DNA of 64,000 nucleotides from Octopus sinensis (lineage: Eukaryota): the NCBI RefSeq assembly GCF_006345805.1, contig NC_042998.1:139872001-139936000 (forward strand), written 5' to 3'. The position numbers and the translations under genes were made by a program. The notes beneath the pieces are model-generated. The model had not been told where the DNA came from, made no database searches, and saw only the letters and a program-made list of their open reading frames with translations. Positions within the stretch are counted from its first letter, which is position 1. Each line of letters begins with the position of its first letter. Shown in pieces: positions 1 to 12,961 of this stretch.

Positions 1-315
1 TGAGTATTCCACAGATATATATACTATTAACATAATTCTCTAGCAGAATCAATATGACACAGTGTGTGACAAGCTGTACCTTTTAAGTTACAGGTGCAGT
101 CAACACAATGGGCTTCTATGCTGTTTCCTTCTACTCAATCTCACAAGAGTATGGCTTGAGTTGAGGTTATAGTAAGTTACATTTACTCAAGATTCCTCAC
201 CATGGGATCAAATCTGGGACTTTGTAGTTGTAAAGTAAACTTCTTAATCATCTGGCCACACTGTGCCTACACATACAGAGTTGAGACAATTTAAAATTAA
301 AAGAAATTTAAGAAA

Positions 316-852
<537 letters not shown>

Positions 853-1719
853 ATGGCTTGAGGGCTAGAATCTTTGGCCCTCCATTCAAATGGATACTTA
901 TGGCTAAGCAACAATAGCAATTCCTTCTGTTATATACCCCATGTGGTTAAGCAGAGAGTATATTGGTGTCATGTAGTCAGTCAGCAATAGGATTCAGCAG
1001 TTACCATGTGGTAGGATAACCAGTTTGGCAGAGTCAGAGAAAAGAATCTCACTAGGAGTAAATAGGAATTATATACCAGGCAACTTTTCATAGCTCATTT
1101 AGGTTTGGGTCTACTTGTTACTAAATATATACATATGTCATTGACATCATCATAATGCCCAGTTTTCCATGCTTGCATGGGTCAGAAGGACTTTATTGAG
1201 GCATATTTTCTATGGATGGATGCTCTTCCTGTCACCAAGCCTCACCTGTTTCCAAGCAAGGTAATATTTCCCTATGGCTAAATATATTTTCCCACAGAAG
1301 ACTGGAAACAAACAACATCACTTGTATGATGGTGACATCATTTACATCCACTACATGATGTCAAGACAAGAGGACACAAACACATACACACATACAAATA
1401 CATATAAACATGACAGGCTTCTTTCAGTTTCCATCTATCAAGCCCATTAATAAGGGCTTGGTTAGTCCAGGGCTAGAGTAGAAGACACTTGATATAAAAC
1501 CGTTTGATTCAGTGACACAAATCGGCTGTTTTGAGGTTAAACTCATAATTCTACATAAATAATATACTCATATATATTTCCTGTCCAACTGAGACCGATA
1601 GTATAAGTACTAGGCTTACAAAGAATAAGTCTTGGGGTTGATTTGTTCGACTAAAGGTAGTGCTCCAGCATGGCCAAAGTCAAATGACTGAAACAAGTAA
1701 AAGAGTATATATACATATA

Positions 1720-1916
1720 TTGATAAAAATGGTAAGACCACAAAAGAATGAAAGAGACCTCGATATTATGTAAATAGAGTATTTATCTGTAAATGTAATA
1801 TGTGACGATTATTCGGTAGCTATGATAAAACTCCGAGTTTTGGATGTTGAGGTAGAAAGCCACGCTGCCATCTCTTCAGTTATCCAGCCATCGGAAAAAA
1901 AACTCAGAGTTTTACC
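1720..1916 (-). mobile_element. Penelope-like 3' terminal relic with degenerate hammerhead (1824-1885)
   Basis: Reverse strand reads ggataa-CTGAAGA-gatg...catc-c-AAAA-CTCGGAG-TT-ttatc, and the element ends at a TA/TACA tract. The GAAA to AAAA change fits CpG decay. Confidence 0.5.
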
Positions 1917-2090
1917 ATGGCTAATATATATATATATATATAAGCATAAGTACATGTGTGTGTGTATACATATACACATATATATCAGGTCATTAAGAAT
2001 AAAATGGCTAATATATATATATATATATAAGCATAGGTACATGTGTGTGTGTATACATATACACATATATATCAGGTCATTAAGAATAAA
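1917..2090 (+). repeat. 87-bp tandem duplication including the tip of a mariner TIR
   Basis: Units start at 1917 and 2004 (atggctaat...tcaggtcattaagaataaa). Confidence 0.9.
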
Positions 2091-2589
2091 ATGTCCAGTT
2101 TTGAACTGAAAGTTTATTTTACTTCATCGCAGCAAAAAGCAATGCAGTTAATCAATGTATGCACCTAAATCATCAACACAATTTCCACTATGATTTCCAG
2201 CTCATCATTATCCACTTTGGTCTCAGGTCTACCATGGGGATAATTTTCAAGAGTAAAGTCACCAAAATGGAAATTCTCAAACCATTGATGTACAGTGCGC
2301 TCATTCACCACATCTTCATCAAACACCTTATTGATGTCTTGAGCTACATGGGATGCAGTGGTTTTACAACAGAACTCATATTCATAAAAAACACGAATTT
2401 TTTTTAGCTATCCATAGGTTCACAAAAATTGATTTACAAGAGAAAACCCACAATAGAATCAGACACCATGATTTGCATTTCAAAAAGTGATGATGTAACA
2501 ACTCAATGTTGTAAAACAAAGAATTGTCAGGATAAAACATTACAGTTCATGACTGTCAAACTTGGTGCATTTCATTTTTAATGACCTGA
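2072..2589 (-). mobile_element. Internally deleted mariner element with both TIRs
   Basis: TIRs tcaggtcattaagaataaaatg / catttcatttttaatgacctga with TA flanks. Minus-strand N-terminal HTH relic KKIRVFYEYEF...VNERTVHQWFENF...GRPETKVDNDEL. Confidence 0.85.
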
Positions 2590-2679
2590 TATATATATAT
2601 GTATGTATATGTGTATATATGTATATATAAGGTGCAGGCATGGCTGTGTATGTATATATAAATATATATCACCTTGGTC

Positions 2680-3127
2680 ACCTTGACTGACCAATCCGTC
2701 AGACATCCATTTGACACTGCTGGTAACAGCACCTTGTCCACTCCTCTCTGGATCATGCCTTCCTCATCCATGTGATCCCTATCATCCTCCTAAAATCGTA
2801 ACTCCACCATCGTGGAGGCCTTCTGAGTAGTTGTTGCTGCTCGCACGGGTACCAGTCGACAACTGCATGGGTCCACCGATTATCGGTGAGCTGGGCAATA
2901 TGTCCAGCCATTACCACCACTCCAACAGGAAGAAAATGTGCCACCTATCCTTGTCAGTGAGGTCGAAAGAGCCATTGGCTTGATGAAAAAGGAAAGGTAC
3001 CAGGGAAAGATGGTATAACATCAGAGGTGTTAAAGTCAGGCAGAGAGCACCTCTGGAAAATCCTCGCCAAGCGATTCATGCACTATCTAGACGAGGGAAG
3101 AATTCCAACTCAGTGGAAAGAGTCAAA
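2680..3127. mobile_element. RTE-type LINE relic with an inverted segment
   Basis: Minus strand 2690-2935 gives the C-terminus AGHIAQLTDNRWTHAVVDWYP...RPPRW; plus strand 2940-3127 gives the RT N-terminus PPILVSEVERAI...PGKDGITSEVLK...IPTQWKES. Confidence 0.75.
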
Positions 3128-4298
3128 TGCGTGTGTGTGTTCATGTGTGTGTGTACAATCATAAATGTCTGTATACTTCCTCTTCTTTGTTAAGAGGCAC
3201 AAGCACTTACACACACATGTACACATGACAGAAACTTCCACCTACCAAATTCAATCACGAGACTTTGGTTGGCCTGAGACTATAGCAGAAGACACTTGCC
3301 CAAGGTACCTTATAGTAGGACTGAACCCAGAACCATATGGCTGGGAAGCAAGCTTCTTAACCACACAGCCATGCCTGCACCTTATATCTATGTGCGTGTG
3401 TGTGTGTTTATGTATGTATATATATATATATATGTATAATCATATGTGTGTGTGTATGTATGTATGTATATATGTATGTATATATGTATGTATGTAAGTA
3501 TGTATATATAATCATATGTATGTGTGTATATATGAAATTAGGGTCAATATAAAGTCATTGCGCAATGCTTAGATTTCTTAAAATTCTTTCATTTTTACAA
3601 CTTTAATTCTATATACACACAATAGAATTAATCTGTAGAGGACATTTAATAGCCTGATACATCTATTTTATTGCTGTCAATCAAAAAATATTTATTATAA
3701 TTGTTTATTAATATTTTAGCAATTTCTTAATTACTTCAACTTCATTTTATGGGCACATATAAAAGACAACTGTTTATTCAACTAAACCTCGTTCTATAGA
3801 TGGCTTGCCAGTTAGAATAATTAATGGGATTTAAGATATAAATGACAATTTGCTGCAAAACATATTTCTACAACTTGAGAATCACATCACAGTTTGTATA
3901 CGTAATGAGAGTTGAAAATGTGGAAAATGAATCATTTCTAAATTAAATCTATTTACAAAATGTCATAAATTCTTTCACTCATCTTTTCACAGAATAATTC
4001 TACTGTGGAATTAAAGAATTAATATGTGAAAACAAGAAGATCAGTGAAAGAATTTTTTATTATGTTTTTAAATAGATTTATTATTATATATCTTTGAGAA
4101 AATTGCACAGAAATTCATAATAACATTGTGTGTCTATATATATATGCGTGTGTATGTGTGTATGTATGTATATGTGTATATATATGTGTACATATGTGTG
4201 CATATATATATATATATATATAGGTGTATATATATTTATGTATATATATGTGTATACATATGTATATATATGTGTGTGTGTATGTGTATGTGTGTGTG

Positions 4299-4335
<37 letters not shown>

Positions 4336-6871
4336 CTAGATAGATAGATAGATAGATAGAAAGATTGATATATTTATCATCATCATCACCATTTAATGTC
4401 CTTATTCTATGCTAGCATGGTTTGGATTGTTTGCCAGAATCCAGCATGGAACAGATACATTGAGCTCCAGTATTAACTTTGGTATGGCCCCTATGACTGG
4501 ATGCCCTTCCTAATGCTAACTAATTTACAGTATGTCCTGGGTGCTTTTCTGATTCTGCTGCCATTAACTCACAAGACAGGAAATAGAAAAGTGGATGGGT
4601 GGCATTTGAGATGGAGGTGGAGGAGGTGGCTTTATACAAGGTGTTGAAATGTATAAATGACTGAGGCACAAGTGCAGGACCCTTGCTATAGATAAGATAC
4701 ATGGCATCCTCATATTTTATAAGGGTGAGTGGGGATAAACCATATATCAACATTTGATGTCCAGCTTCTATTCTGGCAAGGGGTGGACAGCTTGTTAGCG
4801 TCTGATGACTTGGACTGGGTTATGCTCCAATATCTGCTTTTAGTTTCTACAACTAGCTGCCCTTCTTAATGCAAATCATTTTACTGTGTGTACTGCATAA
4901 TTTTTGTTGTATGTCACCGACACTAATGAGGCTGCCATGCAGATTACAAGTGTACAAACCTCAAGATGAGTAGCTTTATGCTGGATCAGGAGTTAGAGTA
5001 TGAGAGAAGGGGGCCAGAGCAGAAGAGGTTTCTTGCAGTAGAGGAGCTACATTGGTTACCCATATTTCAGTAGAGAGAGTAGGAGTGATTGGGGTGGAGT
5101 GAGCTGACAGAAAAAAAGATAAAATTAGTAGTGATGAGGTGTTTGGATGCACTTTCAAAGTACGAGGTGAGTAGAAGTCGGAGGCAACAAAACTAGGTAG
5201 GTAGAAGTTGCAAGAGTGCATGGGAGAGTGGGAGTGGAGGAGGAGAGATAACGGTGGGGGGAAGGGTCAATGTAAAATGTGGGTAGAGATGTTATGGACT
5301 CTGCTGCCATTAGACGACATATGAGGGATCTGCAATTTCTTGTTGGACAACTACACAAACGATTTGCTAATAGTGATCAAATGTTTGCTTTTACATAAGC
5401 TTGCTCCTTCCATCAATTTGACATTGCTTGTTCAGGTGTACAAGCACATCACACATCAGATATCAAAATGATCACAGAGCAACATGAAATGAAATGTTTT
5501 GCTCAAAAAGACAAAACTTCGCCTGATCGGGGAACTGAACCCACCATCTTGCCATTGCCAGTGCAACATCCTAACCTCTAGGCTATGCACCATTACTTAC
5601 ATAAAAGACATAAAAGTATACATTAATTGCTGGTAGGAATACCTATTTCTTTACTACCCACAAGGGGCTAAACACAGAGGGGACAAACAAGGACAGACAA
5701 ACAGATTAAGTCGATTATATCTACTTCAGTGCATAACTGGTACTTATTTAATCGACCCCGAAAGGATGAAAGGAAAAGTCGACCCTGGCGGAATTTGAAC
5801 TCAGAACATAGCGGCAGATGAAATACTGCTAAGTGTTTCGCACAGCGTGCTAACATTTCTGCCAGCGCGCAACCATAATATACAACCAAGAATAGTAAAA
5901 CCTTATAAGTCAGTACTGTGCCTCTCCTGAGTTAGCAGTACTATTAAATCAATTTTTAAAGCTATCTCTACAGATTTTCAATAGAAATTAGGGCCAACAC
6001 TGATTTATTACCACATTTCAAATCAGTACTGGCTTTGATTTCTATAGAAAATCTATAGAGATACTTTAAAAATTCATAAAGTGAGACTGTAACCGTGGCC
6101 TATGCTAGTGTAGCATAACCAGCTCATTTAAGAGTACCCTTCAATCATTGGGTAATGAACTGTGCTTGAGTGGACCTTTTGAGTCAAGTGAAATCATTGT
6201 CGTGGTTGATGCCAGTACCGTCTGACTGGCACCCGTGCCAGTTGCACGTAAAAAGCACCTTTCGAGCGTGGTTGTTCCCAGTACCACCTGACTGGCGCTC
6301 ATGCTGGTGACACGTAAAAAGCACCCACTACACTCTTAGAGTGGTTGGCATTAGTAAGGGCATCAAGCTGTAGAAAACTTGCCCGATCAGATTGGAGCCT
6401 GGTACAGCCTTCTGACTTACCAACCCTCAGTCAAACCATCCAACCCATGCCAGCATGGAAAGCGGAAATTAAACAATGATGATGAGGAGGAGGAGGAGAA
6501 TGATATATATATATATCATCTACTCGAAACGTTAAACCCTCCTTCTTTCCTTCTTTCCTGAGCGTCCAATAATACTATATTTGTTCCACATCCTCGCGTT
6601 GTTGTGTTTTCTCTTTGTTTTCTTGTTTGGATTAACTTTATATATATATTTCAAAACCAGAGGATAAGGAAACTATCATCATGCTTCTGCCTGGCAGTAA
6701 ATATAAATATACATATATAAAGAGAGGGAGAGAAGAAGATTGATACGATTATTTCCTTACCTATTGAAAAAATTGATGCTTCAATGAAACATCTGCAATT
6801 CACCTTGGTATGAAAAAAGCTGTAAGCAGGTGAGACGAATATAATAATTTTTTTAAAATTACTGTGGGTTA

Positions 6872-6973
6872 ATAGTGGGCTATAGGTTTGGGCTAACCTT
6901 ACAAATTAAATAAATCAATTTTAAAAAATTAATTTCATCTAAATTTGTCAAGTACGACCCTCTTCAGCATTAT
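6872..6973 (-). ncRNA. Degenerate hammerhead motif, mirror copy of 7484-7579
   Basis: Reverse strand reads ataatg-CTGAAGA-gggtcg...agccc-AAAC-CTATA-GCC-cactat. The GAAA and the cleavage triplet are mutated. Confidence 0.55.
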
Positions 6974-7084
6974 CTCTCCATATTTATGGAAAATATGAAT
7001 AATTTAATTTATATTTGTATTTGCCACCAGGCAGAAGCATGTTGAAGAGGATAGCTTCCTTATCCTCTTGTTCTGAAATAATTT

Positions 7085-7400
7085 TATCATCGCTTAACGT
7101 CCGTTCTCCATGCTAGCATGGGTTGGACGGTTCGACCAGGGATCTGGGAAGCCAGAAGGCTGCACCAGGCTCCAGTCTGATCTGCCAGTGTTTCTACAGC
7201 TGGATGCCCTTCCTAACGCCAACCACTCCGTGAGTGTAGTGGGTGCTTTTTACGCGCCACCCGCACAGATGCCAGGCGGGGCTGGCAATGGCCACAATCG
7301 GATTGGTGCATTTTACGTGCCTCCGGCACGGAAGCCAGTCAAGGCAGCGCTGGCATTGGCCACGATTCGGATGGTGCTTTTTACGTGCCAGCAGCACGGA
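7085..7400 (-). mobile_element. RTE-tail repeat family C with (GAT)n tail
   Basis: tttctacagctggatgcccttcctaacgccaacc motif. Other copies at ~1140-1260, 4380-4560, 6120-6485(+), 9780-10130, 31245-31430, 40400-40570(+), 52530-52680(+), 58170-58682, 59663-59965, 62330-62670. Confidence 0.8.
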
Positions 7401-7483
7401 AGTTATACCTTGAAATTTGAATGGCTGTGGACGAATAAGGTAATATTTTAAAAATTATTCATATTTTTTGTAAATATGGAGAG

Positions 7484-7579
7484 ATAGTGCTGAAGAGGGT
7501 CATACTTGACAAATTTATATTAAATTAATATTTTAAAATTAATTAATTTAATTTGTAACCCGAAACTATAGTCCAATAA
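7484..7579 (+). ncRNA. Minimal type I hammerhead ribozyme motif with intact core (Penelope-like element type)
   Basis: atagtg-CTGAAGA(7490-7496)-gggt...accc-GAAA(7562-7565)-C-TATA-GTC(7571-7573)-caataa. G10.1-C11.1 pair, GUC triplet, palindromic helix III ACTATAGT. Confidence 0.75.
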
Positions 7580-7661
7580 TTTTTATATAAACTATAGTCC
7601 AATAATTTTTATATAAACTATAGTCCAATAATTTTTATATAAACTATAGTCCAATAATTTT
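7563..7661 (+). repeat. 26-bp tandem repeat x ~3.8 (aaactatagtccaataatttttatat)
   Basis: Copies start at 7563, 7589, 7615 and 7641. Confidence 0.95.
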
Positions 7662-8256
7662 AAAAAATTATTCTATTCGTCTCACTCACAGCTTTTTCGA
7701 ATCAAGGTGAATTGTAGAAGTTCCATCAAAGCATCTATTTTTTCAACATGTAAGGAAATAGTCGTATCTATGACTGTAGCCATACTGGAGCATCACTCTT
7801 TAGTCAAAGAAATCAACCACAGGACTTATTCTTTGTACGCCAAGTACTTATTCTATCAGTCTCTTTTGCTGAACTGCCAAGTTACAGGAACATAAACACA
7901 CTAGCATCAAGTGATGGAGACAGGGTGGGGAAACACAGACACAAAGACACACATACACACACACATATGACGAGATTCTTTCAGTTTCCATCAACCAAAT
8001 CCACTCACAAGGTTTTGGCCAGCCCAAGGTTATAATAGAAGGCACCATGTGGTTGAAAAGCAATATTCTTGCCACACAGCTACACCTAATTTAAAGTCAC
8101 TACCTGCTCTCCTGTTAATCTTCTCAGTTGTAGGGCCTCTTTAGTTTTGCAAATTATTTGATAATTTCACAAATGTTGGAGCCACAAAAAAGAAACCAAA
8201 AACAATACACCTAGTACATTTTGTAAAGTTGCAGGCATTAGAGAGGGCAGCCAGAT

Positions 8257-8428
8257 ATAGACACATTAGTATAATTATACCTAACATCTCCAAGAGGTTA
8301 AGGAGATAGACAAAGAACATGTTGTACCTACAACAGCATAGTCATATGCTGTTGTAGGTACAACATATTCTTTGTCTATCTCCTTAACTTCTAGGAGATT
8401 TTATGTATAATTATACTTATGTGTCCAT
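8257..8428. repeat. Imperfect palindrome, ~84-bp arms, loop GTCA
   Basis: caacagcata-gtca-tatgctgttg centre with scattered mismatches outward. Confidence 0.9.
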
Positions 8429-8740
8429 CTGTTCTTATTTCATTAAATTCTATGTCTTTGTGCAACTTAAGATTGCTCTACATTTTAAATTGATGTAATG
8501 ATTGCATTGTTCAATTAAATGGAGTTGCATGAAACAATCGTACTGCATTATCTCTGGATATCCTTGTTGCTTATTTTGATTTATATATATATATATGTAT
8601 GCATAGTGTAAGCTATGGACACATAAGAGGTGCAGTAATATCAAAGGAAGGCTAACTGGGAAGATAGATTTTGTATGTGGCAGATGCTCAGGAGCAATAA
8701 ACACTGAAAATGTGTAGAGCACAACTTCCGCCACATTCTA

Positions 8741-9327
8741 AGGAGGAAGACTAGAAGTAGTTGATAGCTTCCGTTACCTAGGTGACCTAGTCAGTTGCGA
8801 GGGAGGGTGCGCTGAAAGTGTAGCTGCTAGAATAAGACTAGCCTGGGCAAAGTTCAGAGAGCTCTTACTTCTGCTGGTGACAAAGGGCCTCCCTCTCAGA
8901 GTAAAATGTAGACTGTATGATGCATGTGTACAAACAGCCATGCTACATGGCAGTGAAACATGGGCCGTGACTGCTGAGGACATGCGTAAACTCGCAAGGA
9001 ATGAAGCCAGTATGATCCGATAGATGTGTAATGTCAGTGTGCATACTCGACAAAGTGTAAGTACCTTGAGAGAAAAGTTGGACCTAAGAAGCATCAAATG
9101 TAGTGTACAAGAGAGACAACTGCGCTGGTATGGTCATGTGGTGAGAATGGATGAGGATAGCTGTGTGAAAAAGTGTCACACCCTAGCAGTTGAGGGAACC
9201 TGTGGAAGAGGTAGACCTAGGAAGACCTGGGATGAAATGGTGAAGCACGACCTTTGAACTTTAGGCCTCACCGACGAAATGACTAGTGACCAAGACCTTT
9301 GGAAATATGCTGTGCTTGAGAAGACAC
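8741..9327 (+). mobile_element. RTE-clade LINE, 5'-truncated C-terminal ORF fragment
   Basis: LEVVDSFRYLGD...MLHGSETWAV...LRWYGHVVRM...GRGRPRKTWDE, with an internal stop. Confidence 0.92.
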
Positions 9328-9516
9328 ATAAAAGGCACCATAAACAAACTATCATGAAGGCACCAAATAAAAATTTCACTTTTTGGAATCAAGAAAGCAC
9401 CTGAGGTTATGTGCCTCCAGCCAGCAGATTTGATGAGTTGCCTATATTACCATGTGCAATAGTAGATGTGAAACCAATGGTACCTTTCTGGCTAACCATA
9501 AGCGATATACTACTAA

Positions 9517-9561
<45 letters not shown>

Positions 9562-10136
9562 ATGGATGGATGGTTAAATACACATATACTAAAGGGAGTG
9601 GGGTTGCATAGAAAGTAAGAATCCCACCAGGTCTTGATTCTCCTATAATGTATCCACACAATAATCAGGGGATTTTATGCCATTTTTGGCCTAATAAGCC
9701 ACCTCAAGGCCCACAAACACTAAAGCTGCTAATTTGGTCATCTTCAGAGATATGAAGGACAAACATCACATGTGTGTATATCGTCATCATCAGTTAACAT
9801 CTGTCTACCTTGCTGACATTAGTTGTACATTTCAAAGCATTAGAGGACTGGATTGAGCTCCAGTGTCTGTTTTGGCATGGTTTCTATGGCTGGATATCCT
9901 TCCTAACACCAACCTTTCTCACAAAGTGTACTGATGGCTTTTTTTGTCATGATGCCAGCACCAGTCATGACTATTCACAAGACATAGAAAATGACCCTTC
10001 ATTTTCATCATCATCATCATCATCATTTAACATCTGTTTTCCATGCTGGCATGGGTTAGACAGTTTGACTAGAGCTAGTAAGGCCAGGAATTGCACCAGG
10101 CTCCATTTCTCTGGTATGATTTCTACAGCTGTTTAA

Positions 10137-10167
<31 letters not shown>

Positions 10168-10599
10168 CGTGTGCATACATATGATAAGCTTCTTTTTGTT
10201 TCTGTTAACCAAATCCACTCACAAGGCTTTAGTCAGTCCAGGGCTATAGAAGACACTCACCCAGGTGTGCTGCAATGGGACTGGACCCAAAATCATATAT
10301 ATGCATGTGTGTGTGTGTATGTATATATAAATATATATATACACACACATATGTATGCACACACACACACACACAAACATAGACATAAACATTCATGTGT
10401 AAATTTACATGGATGTATGTCTATATTTCCTTTGCTTTGAGATAGCATGTTAATTCTAAATAAGTGTCACAGACATTGGAGCTGTGTAATTCATTTCCAA
10501 TCTTCTGCTAAAACATGTCTGGCTATGGGGAAACATTACCTTGTTTGGAAACATGTGAGGATTAACAAGAGGAAAGCATGGAAAAATGAACATTAAATG

Positions 10600-11190
10600 G
10601 ATGTTGATGATGATGATGATGATGTTGGTGGTGGTGGTGGTTTGATGCTTGCACTAGTGGTGGTGAATGATGATAGCGGTGATGATGCTGATGGTGATGA
10701 TGATGATGATGATACTGGTGGTGATGATGATATATAACTACTGTACTACAATGTACAAATATTTATATTTTCCATTCTAATTACCATTTTTTATTGTTTT
10801 TTTTCCTGTTGCATTTTCTGTACTCAACTCTTGTAACATACCTCCTTCTTCTCTCCTCTTCTTCCAACTCCTTCTTTTGCTCCTCTTTCACCTTCCCTTC
10901 TACCCTGCCTTATCATCATTATTGCTACCACCAATACCACAGCCACCACCACCATCAACACCACCGCTGCCACCTCCTCCACCTGTTTTTCCATCTTCCC
11001 TTCCTCCATTACTGCTTTTTCCTCCTCCTCTCCTTGTCAGCATCATTGTCATCGTCATGATGATGATGATGATGATGACGATGATGGTCATTGCAGTTAC
11101 CACTAACACTACCACCACCACCACCACCACCACCATCACCACAACAACAACAACAACAACCACTAACCCGCCATTGCCACCACCACCACC
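10600..11190. repeat. Compound trinucleotide low-complexity block (GAT/GGT/CCT/CAC/CAA)
   Basis: Direct reading. Confidence 0.9.
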
Positions 11191-11697
11191 ACTACCAAAA
11201 TTTTAATCAAAGTTCTTCGACAAGGTTTAAAATTGCAAAACAAATTTGTCAGATTCACATGCTTTTCCTTCAAAGTTTTAACCTAAAATTGTCTATTTCT
11301 GAACACGACAAAAATACAACATTCTTATACAACATTAATTAAATTAATTAACTCATTTGCTTCGCACTGTATAGAAATATTTTATTTCATTTTATATTTA
11401 TTGTAAGATTTTTATACAAATGGAGGCTTCATTTCCAGATATCTATACTGACAGTTATAAGTTTTGACTGACTGGATTAGGATTATAGTCTTGACATTTC
11501 AAATGTCTGAATATGATTTTCCAGATACCAGGCTCGTCTACTATCAGCGTGCTATTATTAAGAGGTTTCATCCTCAAAATTAATTCACAACACATATACT
11601 CTGTGTGTGTGTGTGTAACTAAGTATATAATACATATACATATATACATCTATATGTGTGTGTATGTGTGTAAGAATGTTTATGATACATATATATA

Positions 11698-11738
<41 letters not shown>

Positions 11739-11850
11739 CATGTATATATACATTTATACATACATGCATACATATATAACACATACATATATATATATGT
11801 ATATATACACACACACAAATACATACATACACACACACACATATATATGC

Positions 11851-11901
<51 letters not shown>

Positions 11902-11908
11902 ATACATA

Positions 11909-11970
<62 letters not shown>

Positions 11971-12018
11971 ACAATGATAAATATCAAAGTGAGTTATATA
12001 CAGTAGCGGTAACACATC

Positions 12019-12297
12019 GTGACGTATTTTTGCCATTTCAATATGGCTAACCCCTAAGGGTGGATGCTACTGTAGTTTTTGGCCCCAGGAGGACACACTC
12101 CTCCGGCTGGCCATAGACACACTTTCTGTGTCCTGTCAGTATTTGCAAAGGGAAGGATGACTTCCCTTTGCAAATACTGACAGGACACAGAAAGTGTGTC
12201 TATGGCCAGCCGGAGGAGTGTGTCCTCCTGGGGCCAAAAACTACAGTAGCATCCACCCTTAGGGGTTAGCCATATTGAAATGGCAAAAATACATCAC
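12019..12297. repeat. Near-perfect palindrome, 137-bp arms, loop GATGA (12156-12160)
   Basis: One mismatch seen (gtgacg vs gtgatg); (TA)n tracts on both sides. Confidence 0.95.
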
Positions 12298-12351
12298 TAT
12301 ATATACATATATATATATTCATATATATATATATATACATACATACAAACA

Positions 12352-12412
<61 letters not shown>

Positions 12413-12927
12413 TCCCACTACCCTATGACCTGTGACAATCTAAACCTCTCTCATCCTTTTTTAACTTTGCCGTTGACCAGGTAGTTCACGCTTCTTTGTG
12501 CTCCTACACCATTTTTCCTACACAATTTGCTTACTTCCTTCATTCTGGTTTTCTATCTACCCTTCTCTCATCTCCAGTCCTACAGGACATTTTCATTTCT
12601 CTTTGTGTTACTCATACAGACCAGTCTGGCAGCTGCAAGAGCTTTTTTGTTATATATGTATAATAATTATTATTATTTCACTTTGTCATGTTTGTTTTTT
12701 GTCATTACCCTGTATGTTTGTTCACTATTCCCAGTGGCTTTTTGCTACTGGCACCATCAAAAGTAAACAATCTCAATGATAAAGGGAACAAAATTGTAAG
12801 GATCTTTTGGACGTTGACTGACGAGGAATTAGCTACGAATGTTCTATTTGTTATGTTTTTGTTAAATTTTCTGTTTGCTGTGTTTTTGTTATATAATACA
12901 TATATGCATATACATGTGTATATATAT

Positions 12928-12961
<34 letters not shown>

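Larger units (their letters stand above)
6813..7697. repeat. Diverged ~200-bp inverted arms with an RTE-tail repeat inserted in the centre
   Basis: gaaaaaagctgtaagcaggtgagacgaat at the left end vs attcgtctcactcacagctttttc at the right end; inner arms gaccctcttcagc/gctgaagagggtc. Confidence 0.85.

Noticed and set aside
5505-5590. tRNA-like sequences here and at 51040 and the SINE heads
   Set aside because: A/B boxes are present but there is no full cloverleaf; SINE heads, not tRNA genes.
7563-7661. CRISPR-like repeat array
   Set aside because: Contiguous tandem units without spacers, eukaryotic context, no cas genes.
10794-11342. Pro/Thr/His-rich ORFs (mucin- or extensin-like)
   Set aside because: Pure compound trinucleotide repeats open in several frames on both strands; no splice or domain support.
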